DNA of 64,000 nucleotides from Vitrella brassicaformis CCMP3155 (Eukaryota > Protista > Chromerida): NCBI GenBank assembly GCA_001179505.1, contig CDMY01000047.1, forward strand, positions 124,001 to 188,000, read 5' to 3'. The stretch's first letter is position 1, and each line of letters begins with the position of its first letter. Positions 25,840-36,900 of the stretch are shown here, one piece after another. Below the pieces are notes generated by a model that was not told the DNA's origin, did not search any database, and worked only from the letters and a program-made list of their open reading frames with translations. The translations under genes and the position numbers were made by a program.

Positions 25840-27059
25840 CAGCACAGCACAGCCTCGGTCTGCTGGGTCTGGCGCGTTTGTTTAGCTCCTAGCTCTGGCC
25901 GTCAGTGTGTCGGCCGATAGATGGTAGGACAGTCCGTGTGTGGTGTGTCGGTCGTGTGTGGGGCGTGTCGGTCGTCTCTGTTTAGACGGCAGAACACACA
26001 GATAGATAGATGCTGACGTGTGTTCGGCCTTTTATCAGTCTTGTGCAGCACTCACTGACGGAGAGAGAGAGGGAGAGGGGTCCCCGAGGAGGGGAGGGGA
26101 GGAGGTTTGGCGAACGAAGTGCGGGGCGGCGACCCTGCGTGGGGGTGGTTGGTGGTTGCAGCTGTGTACAGTCTTCCGAGGATCGCTGTCTGTCTGTCTG
26201 TCTGACTGTTCGTCTGTGTTTGAGTGATCGAGGAAGGAATGACAAAGTGCAGCGATGGGTAGCCGCAATCTATTGCAGTCAGTCAGTCGGTCGGTCGGTC
26301 GGTCGGCTGGTCTTAGAGGCAGAGTAGAGAGACAGACACTTACACATGTGCAGACAGTCGACGCGATGGACGGACGGATCAATGGGCGTGCCTGAGCTCA
26401 TGACACGGTCTTCATCGAGCTGAAGAATTTCGTTTGCAATGTCAGTTGATTCGTCCACACACATGGTGCGATAGATAGATAAGATGCACCACGTCCACAC
26501 CCACACATCCATACATCCATCCATCCATACACACACGCACTTCACCCACAAGACCGGGCCGGCCACGCACGCTAAGGATCTCTCTGTCGGTCTGTGTGTC
26601 AACGGCATCACAGAGAGAGAGAGAGAGAGAGAGAGACGGAGTAGAGCGCTGGGTGGGGCAAAGCGGGTCAGCGGGGTAGCGGGTGGGTCATTCATTGGTC
26701 TCTCTCTGTGGCCGGCCGGCCACGGGCGGTGCGGCAGTGGGTGCATGCCATGCAGACGCATCCACGCAGGGGCACTGGATGGAACGGTCAGAAGAAAAGC
26801 CACCACACAGACATGACATGCGCACACTCGCGCGAGCTATGCACAGAGACGAGGGGCGAAAAAGCTGGGGGGCTGTACAATCAAGGGAAACACACACACA
26901 TACATGCATGAAGACACACGAGCGGTCTGTCTGTCTGTCTGTCTCGCGTAAGGATCGGAGGCCATGCCATGCGGCCATCCGTCCATCACATCCGTCCATC
27001 TACTCTCCAGCCGGCCAGTAAGTGAGGCAGCCAGCCGTCCGATCTGCACACAGACAAGC

Positions 27060-27177
27060 GGCATGGATGGATGGCGTCAGCAGTTGACGCAAGGCTGTTC
27101 AGAGTGGTCTGTGCGCATGTGGACGCCGAGACCGCTCTGAGAGAGACCCGAGGCTACTGCTGACGCCCATCCATGCC
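27060..27177 (+). other. Long imperfect inverted repeat (about 118-nt hairpin)
   Basis: 27060-27069 pairs with 27168-27177, 27073-27084 pairs with 27156-27167 (12 bp perfect), and 27099-27110 pairs with 27129-27140 (one G-U). Confidence 0.6.
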
Positions 27178-27632
27178 CTGCACCCGTCCGGCCGTCTTCT
27201 TTCTGTGGGGTCAAAAAGGGGAGCTACTTAGGCATACATACGTGCAGACAGACACGGAGAGACCAATCGAGACCTCCCTCCCTCAGGCAGTCAATCACAT
27301 CGGTCCACACACACTCACACACACACACACGGACAGTCAGATGAACAAACAGGTAGAGAGGAGAGTAGGTAGGCAGGCAGGTGTCAGTGTGCATGAGCCA
27401 ACCCATCCATCCATCCGTCCATCGGGAGAGGCAACGCACCCGACATCAGTCAGTGTGTCTTGTCTCTGACTGACTGCCCACCTGCCGTGGCTGCCTCCCG
27501 CCTCGATCCCTCCACTCATTGCAATGCATCCATCTACCCACCCATGTGTGTGTGTAGGTACGGTGAGATTCATTGATCACTAGGACAAGGACAACAAAAG
27601 ACAGAAGAGGAAGAAGAATGGCGACGGATTGA

Positions 27633-29216
27633 TCACTCGTCGTCATTCTTTTTCTTCTGTTGTTTGTTGTCCTTGTCCTTGATCTCCTTGGTGACGCCCT
27701 CGTCGGTGATGGCGAATTTGGCGTCGATGTTGTCGGGCATGGAGGGCGAGTCGTAGATCTTGGCCACGCGGTTCTGGCCCTTGCCCTTTCTGAGGTAGAG
27801 GCGGGTCTGCGATGCGTGGGCCATGATGTGCCCCCCGATGGGCTTCTTGTCCTCCCCCCCGCGGAACACCGCCATGGGGTCCACCGTCGCCACCACCTGG
27901 TTCGTGTACACCACTGCATCCAGCCATCAATCCATCCATCCATCCACCCACACACGCAGACACACAGACACACACACAGATGCCTGGGGTGGGTGCAGTG
28001 TCGTCACCTCCTCTCTCTCTCTCTCTCTCGTTGGCCACTGACCAGCGACGCCAAACTCATCGGCCATCCTCTGCAGCTTTCTGAGGAACTGGCAGAGGTG
28101 CCCCTGACGGTCAGCCAACTGAACACACAACACACACACACACACAATTGTGTGGATGAGTGACATGACAGGTGGTTTGGCGTGTGGATGGATCGCTGGC
28201 TGGCCGTCCCGTCACACACGCACCCACCTACCTGTCCGCGTCCCTGGTATTCTGATCTGTAGAGTGCGGTGACGGAGTCTACGATGAGGAGTGCGAATCT
28301 TGTCTCGATCATGAGGGCCGCCGCCTGCACCAGCAGCTCCGTCTGGTGCTCCACATTGTACGCACGCGCATACGTGATGTTCTCCAACACCTGCTCAGCG
28401 TCCAAACCTGACACACCACAATGGACCACAATGGACCACACACCACACCAATGAGAACACGCAGATGGACACACGCTGCACACACCGTGTGTGCAATGCA
28501 CCCACTTTTTCAGCCGCTCACTCACCGAAACCTTCGGCTATCTTTGTGATGCGCTCCGGGCGGAAGGTGCCCTCTGAGTCGATCCATGCCACCCTGCCCT
28601 CGGCCCCGCCCTGCTCCACCGGCAGCTGAGCCGTCACCGCCAACGTGTGGCACAGCTGCGTCTTGCCCGAACGGAACTCGCCAAACACCTCAGTCAACAT
28701 ACCTACACCACACATCACAAAGCGCACACACCACACCACACCACACCACACCACACACATGCGCGCAGTTGCTTCCCTGCGCACCGCCCACCCTCCCTCC
28801 CGGTGACGCACGTACGTACCGGTTTCCATGCCGCCGCCGAGTAGCGCGTCGAGGTCAGCGGCGCCTGTGTGGAGTCTGACGATCTGTTGGCGCATGAGGT
28901 TGATCTCGGTGGCGGACGAGAAGCCCATGTGCACCAGCCCCTTGACGGCCTCCTTGAGCTTCGCAACCTTCTGCTCCGATATGCCCTTGACCTGCTGCAG
29001 CTGACGCGACGACGCGTACGCCACCGCCTCGATCGTCGCGTACCCAGCCTCCTTCAAGCACGTCAAGCCCTTGGCCGTGAAGCCGTGCGCATGCAGGTGC
29101 TCCAGCGGGGTGATGACGCCATGGCCACCATCCTCCCCCTCACCCTCAGCCAACTCGGCCTGCTGGGCGTCGCGCTTGTTGTTGTGCTCCGCCAACTGCC
29201 CTGCCGCTGCTGCCAT
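27633..29216 (-). CDS. RAD51: RAD51-family recombinase
   Basis: Hh[12 protein letters not shown], FxxA motif GFSSA, Walker A GEFRSGKT, Walker [52 protein letters not shown] and [15 protein letters not shown]. Five exons. Confidence 0.93.
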
Positions 29217-29744
29217 GTGTGTTGACGGACGGATGTGCTGGCGATGGATGGACGGATGGGTCAAGGGAGCGTTGTGCGTTGCGCTGCGAGAAGAGCGAAA
29301 GGGAAGCCTACCGGGCGGCCTGCCTTTAGCGATGGATGCAAAAGCCGGACAGAAGCTGCGTGCGGATAGGCCTCGAAAACGGGAGAAAAGGTCACGAAAA
29401 GTCCAAGCCAACACCAGAACTGCTCTGCGTTTCACAGAAAGCTCGCACGGTGCAGATCTCGAGCACGTTTTGCGTGTGTCGGTGCGGTGTGCGGCTGTGC
29501 GGACTCCTCATTCTATTCCAATCCTCCAAGAGCCTCTCGAAGAAGTTCGGCGTCGCATCTTTCCATCTCAAGTGGCGCATCTGAGGAGGAAGACGGTCAA
29601 AGATGGACGGGGCTGCACGGTGAGCCGCCTGCTCATCCCCTCACGAGCCACTACTTCTTTCTGATGGTTGGACCCGGTGGCCGCTGCTGCTGCTGAGTGA
29701 CGGCTTCGGCTCCATCTAACCACATCCAGTTAGTTGCATTCGTC

Positions 29745-30044
29745 NNNNNNNNNNNNNNNNNNNNNNNNNNNNNNNNNNNNNNNNNNNNNNNNNNNNNNNN
29801 NNNNNNNNNNNNNNNNNNNNNNNNNNNNNNNNNNNNNNNNNNNNNNNNNNNNNNNNNNNNNNNNNNNNNNNNNNNNNNNNNNNNNNNNNNNNNNNNNNNN
29901 NNNNNNNNNNNNNNNNNNNNNNNNNNNNNNNNNNNNNNNNNNNNNNNNNNNNNNNNNNNNNNNNNNNNNNNNNNNNNNNNNNNNNNNNNNNNNNNNNNNN
30001 NNNNNNNNNNNNNNNNNNNNNNNNNNNNNNNNNNNNNNNNNNNN
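29745..30044. other. Assembly gap (300 N), possibly spurious
   Basis: The 8-mer cattcgtc lies on both sides of the gap, suggesting overlapping contig ends. Confidence 0.95.
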
Positions 30045-30108
30045 CATTCGTCCCCCCCCCCCCCCCCCCCTCCCCAGTCCATCCCGTCCATCGTCGGTGT
30101 CACTATTT

Positions 30109-30414
30109 ATGGCTGAAGCAACTGGTGGGATGGCTCCGCCCAGCGGCAACATCATCTGGCAGTGCGTGTGCTGGGTGGTGGTGGTGGTCTACTGTGTGCT
30201 GCTGGTGCCCGCGACGGTGCTGGCCAAGAGGGTGCTGCCCATGTACCACACGGAGCACTACGTCAAGACGGCGCGTGACTTTGTGGCCTGGTTCAACCTG
30301 GTGCTGCTGCCCGTCAACATTGCGGTCTTCACCCTCGTCAGCATTGTGTGGTCCTGGTGGTGCCTCATACTCCCGGTGGTCTTCATCGTCATCGCAGTCG
30401 TCACGCGCAGATGA
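30109..30414 (+). CDS. Small (101 aa) hydrophobic membrane protein, 2-3 TM; may have upstream exons near the gap
   Basis: Uninterrupted ORF with GC3-rich codons: MAEATGG...CVCWVVVVVYCVLLVPATVLA...FVAWFNLVLLPVNIAVFTLVSIVWSWWCLILPVVFIVIAVVTRR*. Confidence 0.6.
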   Translation: MAEATGGMAPPSGNIIWQCVCWVVVVVYCVLLVPATVLAKRVLPMYHTEHYVKTARDFVAWFNLVLLPVNIAVFTLVSIVWSWWCLILPVVFIVIAVVTRR

Positions 30415-31083
30415 CAGAGGGAGGGAAAGAGGGGCGCTGTTTGTCTGTCTGTGTACATAATAGCGTGTGTGGGTTTCTCTGTGCGGGGGTGTGGTTGCTT
30501 GCTTGTTGATGTGTGGTGCGTGTGTTGTTGCGTTGCCACTGAGGGAATGGATGACTGTCTGCACAGACGTGTGAATCCGACTGACTGACTGCATTGCTGC
30601 CCACATGCCTGTCTGTCATGGGCACGTTTCCTGGATTTTGCCCTCGTCGACACGGTGACAAGGTCTGTCCCTCTCGTAGTCCTTCGATCTCTCGTCGTTA
30701 CTCTTCCATCCCACACGTGGCATCGTGTGTGGTGGGTCGGTGGCGGGGCGGCGGCCGGAGGACACGGAGGACAGACCAAAGGAAGGAGGAAAGACCACAT
30801 CACACCACATGACACCAGACAGACAGAGAGCGGCCCTGTGTATCTGCTCGACATGAGACCCTCAGTCAGTCTGTCATCTCGTTGTTACATTGGACACACC
30901 TCCCGGCAGCTCACTGGCCTGCCTTCTGTCTACTACGCCCACCATCACCACCGTCATTCTGTGCCGTGTTAGTGCACTGTGGGACTGAGGTGGTGGCGGG
31001 GGTGATAGGCAAAGCGGGACAGAGAGCCCAAACGCATCGGTGAGTACAGGTAGAAACTCAATTCATTGCAGATGATTCATCGA

Positions 31084-31157
31084 CTGTTCTTGTATAGCTA
31101 GCCTTAGCGAAGGACACCATCTGTTCTTGTATAGCTAGCCTTAGGGAAGGACACCAT
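31084..31157. repeat. Tandem duplication, 2 x 37 bp with 1 mismatch
   Basis: ctgttcttgtatagctagccttag[c/g]gaaggacaccat occurs at 31084-31120 and 31121-31157. Confidence 0.95.
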
Positions 31158-31463
31158 CTGCATCACCCATCTACAGCACCTGACCTGAAGCATCTCGTTG
31201 GTTGGATCCGTCCACCTTTTCCAATGAACGTACACACACCCCGACAGACACAGATATGCACCCTCCTCTCTCTGTCTTCCTCGCCCATCGACACACACAC
31301 ACACCGCACCACGTTTGTGCTCCATACCTCAGACCACACCCACCCTCGTACACACATGTGCCCACAAGAGATACATGCATGGGGCTTGCACACCCTCCCC
31401 TCCCCTCCCTGCTTCGCTTCATTCAACACACAACAACAACAGCAACACCATCCACACGATTCG

Positions 31464-32003
31464 TCATTTCTTGGCTGGGGCCTTGGCAGGTTCCGCTGGC
31501 TGTGTTTTGCGTTGATAGGGCGTCTTGCCGGTCATCTGGATGTACGCCGTGGCGTAGTTGACAATGTCGCACTGGTGCAGCGGATGACGCCACTTGGCCG
31601 CGCGGTGCCGCTGCTCTGCCTGAACCAACACACCACACCACACCGCCAACAAACGCCTGATGATGCACCCACCCGTCTCTGCCTGCATCCTTTCGGTCTC
31701 TGTGGCGTGCCGGTGTGTCTCTCAGCGTCTGTCTGTGTGTGTGTGTCCCCTCCCCCCCTCCCTCCCTCCCTCCCTGACCCTGACCGTCTGTTTGTCGAGC
31801 CACCATCCGTACTCTTGGCTGGACACCAGTGGCTCGGTGTACTTGTCCTTGGGGCTCAGATACCTGGCCTTCAACGTACGCGTCAGCTCCCCGTCATCCT
31901 CCACACACCGGGTCCCGCCAGACGCACTCAATGACACGGGGGGTGGGGGGCTGTCGTGGCCCTCCCCTGCTGCCGCGAGGTTGAGGGCCTTGACTGTGGA
32001 CAT
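31464..32003 (-). CDS. FAM183/CFAP144-like small axonemal (microtubule inner) protein
   Basis: Two exons: ...SPKDKYTEPLVSSQEYGWWL and WRHPLHQCDIVNYATAYIQMTGKTPY. The P..KY..P..SSQEYGW motif is characteristic of this ciliary family as I recall it. Confidence 0.65.
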
Positions 32004-32430
32004 TTGTGAGGCGGGCAGGGAGGCCGGGGGGGAGTGGTGCGGCCTGGAGTTGACCTTGTCGGCCACGAACGCCACTGCAAACAACACACACAACCTTTGT
32101 CATAAGAAGGATTCCGTCGTGGTTCTTCGCACGTTTCCGTGGGTTCAGCTGGAATCTTGGGCTAGACATAGCGACAGAGGGAGGAAGGGAGGGAAGGGGA
32201 AAGACTGGGGGGGTCCCTGTGGGCCAGTCTCATCCAAGCTCGCAGGCCCAAAATTGTGCATGTTTCCGCTGCTTCTGTGTGCTGGCGCTGCATCAGTGCC
32301 ACGCACATTCGGCTGGCAGCCGCTCATCAGACCTTTCCCTCACCTGCGACTCATCGCACGACGACCAGATCTGCCCCTCCTCTCATTCGCGCACGTGCGT
32401 TGCCCTTTCTTGACCCTCACCTACAGCAAC

Positions 32431-33373
32431 ATGGCACCGAGTGAGCAACGGGCACAGCGCACCACTCATCCATAGAGATCACCTGCCTGCTGCCGCTGCC
32501 TCTGTCTGTTGTGTGTCTGTGTTGACTGACTGTTCAGAGAAAGCCCAGCGGAAGAAGGGTCGTGCCCGCGATGAGGATGAAGATGAGGAGCAGGATGAGC
32601 ACGGTGAGGAGCAAGAAGACACAGACGAGCCGCCCAAGAAGAAGACCAAGCAGTCTGGCGGTGCTGGCGGTCATCTGGAGGGCAAGGAGTGGAAGTGGGT
32701 GGTCTCCACCAGGAAGCCCAAGGCGCCCCTATACCTCACAGTGCACAAGGTCAGCCAGGCCAGGCAGGGGAGAGAGGCCACGGTGCACATGATGCGTGAA
32801 GACCTATCACCACATTACTTACCGTCTGTCTGTCTATTTGACGTGGTGCTGTTTTGTGGTGTGGTTGTCTGCAATGAATGCGTCATTGCATTTCAGTACA
32901 AGGAAAAGACATACGTCTCAATACGGGAGTGAGTATGCGTGTGTGGCTAAGCTTGCTGTCCCATACCTGCCTGCCACCAGTGCACTGCCTGCCTCTCTCT
33001 GTATGTGTGTGTTGTCATGCACAACCCAGGTACTACGTTGATGATGCCAACAACCACAAGCCGGGCAAGAAGGGTATCATCGTGGTTGTCGATCGCTCAG
33101 ACAGACAGGCAGAAGGACATTTGAACAGCTGAAGTGATTGATGTCTGAGAGGGTGGATCGCTTTCTCTTTGCCCTCTCCCTCTCTCCCTCTCTCCATCCC
33201 TGTCTGTGTGGGACTTGCAGGTATCACTCTCGATGTGGACGACTTCAAAAAGATCCAGGTAGCAAGAGGAAGGATGTCAGCTGGACGTGACACATGTGTG
33301 CACGTGTGTGTGTGGTCTGCAGGAGTGGGGCAAGCTGGACGAGGCCATCGATGGGGTGTCGGGCGCAGAATAG
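32431..33373 (+). CDS. SUB1: Transcriptional coactivator PC4/Sub1 ssDNA-binding protein
   Basis: Basic/acidic N-terminus, then spliced YLTVHKYKEKTYVSIREYYVDDANNHKPGKK.GITLDVDDFKKIQEWGKLDEAI, matching the PC4 C-terminal domain (DIREYW...KPGRKGISL). Confidence 0.88.
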
Positions 33374-33574
33374 ATAGATGGGCAGATAGCTGGGGCACGT
33401 GCTGGATTCTCCCCCGCCCACCCCACCCACTTGCCTTCCACTGCCTCGGCCGACCATACGTAGACAGACCGAGCAGACGACGACTTGTACTCACGTGTGG
33501 TGTGTAGATGAGGGAGGGTGTGCCGAATGGCCAGCTGCGTTGCGTTCCTTGTCACGTCGAACTCATGGCTTCGG

Positions 33575-33628
33575 TGTGATGGTCGAGTGCCGCGCGCGTG
33601 TACATGCGTGTGGCACTCTTCCATCGCA
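33575..33628 (+). other. 54-nt near-perfect hairpin in the PC4 3' flank
   Basis: tgtgatgg/ccatcgca, gagtgcc/ggcactc and gcgcgcgt/atgcgtgt stems close a gtac loop; 23 pairs including 4 G-U. Confidence 0.55.
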
Positions 33629-33915
33629 TTCCCAGGACTCTGAGATCGGCGTGGGTGAGAATGCACACCGACATTCGCGGATGCAGGCAGGGATTGAGCG
33701 TTGTGGTCCGAGCGGCCGGGGTGTGTGTTGTGTGTCTAGCACTTATACAGAACAGTAGGGAGGGGAGGGGGCAGGCTTCAGTTTCTGTTTTTACTTGGTC
33801 GTGATGAGTAGCTAGCTGTAGGTGCATGAGGGAACATGACCGACCGACTTAGCTGACACACCACTACCATGCATGAGGCCTACGTGCATATATCAACCAA
33901 CCCACAGTCAGTGAA

Positions 33916-36900
33916 TCAGTCCTGTTCACTTCCCTCAGCGTTTGTCTTCCTCTCCCTCTCCTCCTCGGCTCCTGCGAGTATCTTGGCCACCTCTTGCTGG
34001 CTGGCTGCCCTCCTGCCTCTCATCTCGTCTACTATACCGCCCGGCAGCTCACTCAGCCGCGCCTTGGACAGCACCAGACACACGGCATTCACTGACAAGA
34101 CCTCACACCGATACAGTGAGGGTAGAGACAGACCAGCGCCGCCGAAGAGCGCCTCGTCGCACAGACAGCACCTGAACACACAGACCAGAGACACGGACGG
34201 TGTCTGTTTGTCGGTGTGCTTCGTGGGGGTGTGGGGGTGTGTGACCGCGGTGGAATGATTGCGGCGATCCGCCAGCTCTGTCGGTGTGGCTGAAAGACAC
34301 CCCCACCACTGCTCCCGATGCCACCGGTGTCTCTCTTGTCCTCCTCCTTCTTGGCAGGCCCCTTCTCCAGCAACTGCAGTGTCCCCGACCGCACCACAAT
34401 CAGCCCGGGGGCCTCGACGGGCGGCGAGGCGAAGGCGTCGAAGAGCACCTGTGAGAAGTGGAGGGTGTTTATGTCCAACATCTCCTCGAAAATCATCGAC
34501 AGCGAGTGGGTCTCGATGCCCGAGAAGAGGGACACGGACCGCAGGAAGCTGATCTCACACTTGTAGGAATCTGCAGACAGACAAGACAGAGTGTGTTGCA
34601 AACCTTGCTCGGCAGCCCATCGGTGTGTTGCAAACCTTGCTCGGCGGCCTCAGCGAGGCGCCGGAACACGTGTGAGGGCAGGATAAGAACCTCAGTCTGG
34701 TCAGTATCATGGCCCCCCACCCACCACACCTCATCGGCCGCAGCAAGGTCTTCCGCGCTGCAATCGACGTCTCTCTTGTCTCTGTTGCTGCGGCTCAGCA
34801 GAGCCTTCATGGATTGCTTCCTACTACTGGGTGGCTCGTTGTGCACCCAGTCGCCCGCAGAGAGGGTCTTGACAGACACAAGAGAAGTCTCGAACTCTCC
34901 CAACACGTCAAGCGCCTGACGGCACAGCTCCTCTGTATCATGCAAGACACACATGGCGTCCGTCTGGAAGGCGCATTTGACCTCCATTCCATGTACCTGA
35001 GACTCGCTTCATCTCGGCTCGGTCAGGCAAGCCGCCTCTCCTCGACGACGACGCCTTCTTCTTGTGTTTGTAGCTGCTGGTCGAGGAATCGTCGCCCAGA
35101 GCCATGTTGGCCTTAGAGAACGCCCTGCTCAGCACATGCCTTGATGGCCGCCGAGACGCATCGCGGGACGAGGCGGCCTCGGCCGCGCTGGAGCTGGCTG
35201 TACGCGAGCGGCCGGGCGGCTCCCCAATGGCTGATCCCGATGCCGATGCAGCGGAGGGGGTGCGGGAGACGCTGTGCGATCCGCCTTCCTCTGCTGTGCC
35301 TGACGGCGATCTTGTGCGGTGGATGGCGCGTGTGAGCTCGAGCATGCGGGTGCTGACGGTGGTCGACCGCTCTGGCACATAGCTCTCCGCATCCACCCTG
35401 GATGAGTGGATGGATCAATGGGTGCGGGAGGTGTGTGTGTGTTCTGTGGTCGTGCATTTGAGTCACTTGATTTGTGTCGGCATGGTGAACCGCTTGACGT
35501 CGATCGATCCGAACAACACAGCGAAGAAGACATCACCCGGCAGAAACAGCACACTCCTGATCGAGACACGAGCATACATACAGCCACTTCGGCTCCTTCC
35601 TTCCTTCCACCCACCCATCCATGCATTCCCACCTGGGCACCACTCGGATGGTGAAGTAGTCGAGCGCCGCGAGCAGCTCCTCCCGCGGCACATACTGCAG
35701 CGGCCTTATCCGCCTGAGATTGCGCATGCAGTGCTTCCGCTCCATGTCACTGAAGTGGCGACAGGCGACAGGCAGCTGCCCGGGTTTGGTAGAGGGGCGC
35801 GACGAGATGCGACAGGAGACGGTCGAGACCACCGACAGGAAGCGAGAGCCACCGCTACCGCCGGCGCGGGAGGAGGGGCTGTAGGTGTTGAGGCGACTGC
35901 AGCAGCCGTGCAGGACAAGCATGAAATCGCCTTGGCATGAGCGGATGGATGGATGGACGTTTGCTTACGTTCTGGCGGGTGGACATTTGGTCATGATGGT
36001 TGACAGGTAGTGGTGGTAGGCCTGGTGGGGATCTCCAGCCGAGAATGACGCAAGGAAGACAGCCAGGCCGCCAGTCAGGCTGATGCGATTCCTGCGAGAC
36101 GCAACCAAATTGGTTAGTTAGGCCAGACGTCCGTCCCTTGATTGGCTGTTTGTTTCCTCACTTGATAAGTGTGGGTCTGACGAGTGGGTTTGGATGGCTC
36201 CGGCATCTTGCCAGCTCGAAGTCCGTCCACACCTCATTGGCCAGTGCACCCACATGCACACCGGACAGCGCCCGACACACCAGCAGGTCCGTAGGAATCA
36301 CCTGCGACCTGCGTGTACGATACCACCTCACACATGTGGATGTCGATCTGTGTGTGTGCGCGCTAACGATTGCAGGCAGGCGAACTTGACTGCATGACTC
36401 AAGTCACCGTGGGCATCCTCCCATCGCCCCAGCTTCATCAGACAGACGCCCCTGCACATCCATCCATCCACACAGGGGCGTCTCCATGGCGCGGTGCGGT
36501 GGTGTGTGCTGCATGGCATGTGTGCCCTCGCTCACCTGTTGTAGAAGTGGAGACTGCAGGAGGGGTCGGACTTGACGCACCGAGAGAAGAACACAATCGC
36601 ACTTGCCAGCTGAATTAGCCACGGAGAGAGACAAACAAATGCGCCCCGCGTGCCAAGTCATGTCACTGCCTCACCCACCATGTTGAGCCGATCGAGGCAG
36701 CACCCACACACAGAGAGGAGCACCGTGTCGGTAGACAGGTCGACTTCGGTGCTCCGCAAGAGGTCTCTGCATGAGATGACGCAGCTGCGCCACTCGCCCG
36801 CCTGGAACTGACGACGGATGATCGATGGCGGCAGGAGGGGCGGCTGCGTCAGCCGCTGGCATAGCTGCTGGTCTGCGGGAGCCGGCATGTCGGGCGGCAG

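Noticed and set aside
26279-26827. Minus-strand ORF with the protein-like patch CVDESTDIANEILQLDEDRV
   Set aside because: Mostly translated microsatellite, with no convincing start, splice partners or family motif.
1-29216. BRCT protein and RAD51 as a DNA-repair gene cluster
   Set aside because: They are about 25 kb apart with eight unrelated genes between them; chance proximity is sufficient.
28518-29664. Extended ORF starts upstream of RAD51 (28518-29435 -) and the overlapping + ORF 29071-29664
   Set aside because: RAD51 homology starts near ATG 29216; the upstream extension and the opposite-strand ORF have no support and probably represent promoter/UTR sequence.
31084-31160. 37-bp direct repeat as a possible CRISPR array
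   Set aside because: Only two abutting copies with no spacer, no cas genes, and a eukaryotic context.
27060-33628. The two hairpins as SECIS elements or tRNAs
   Set aside because: Neither has the AUGA/GA quartet with apical AA nor a cloverleaf with T-loop and D-loop motifs, and I found no in-frame UGA needing recoding in the adjacent genes.
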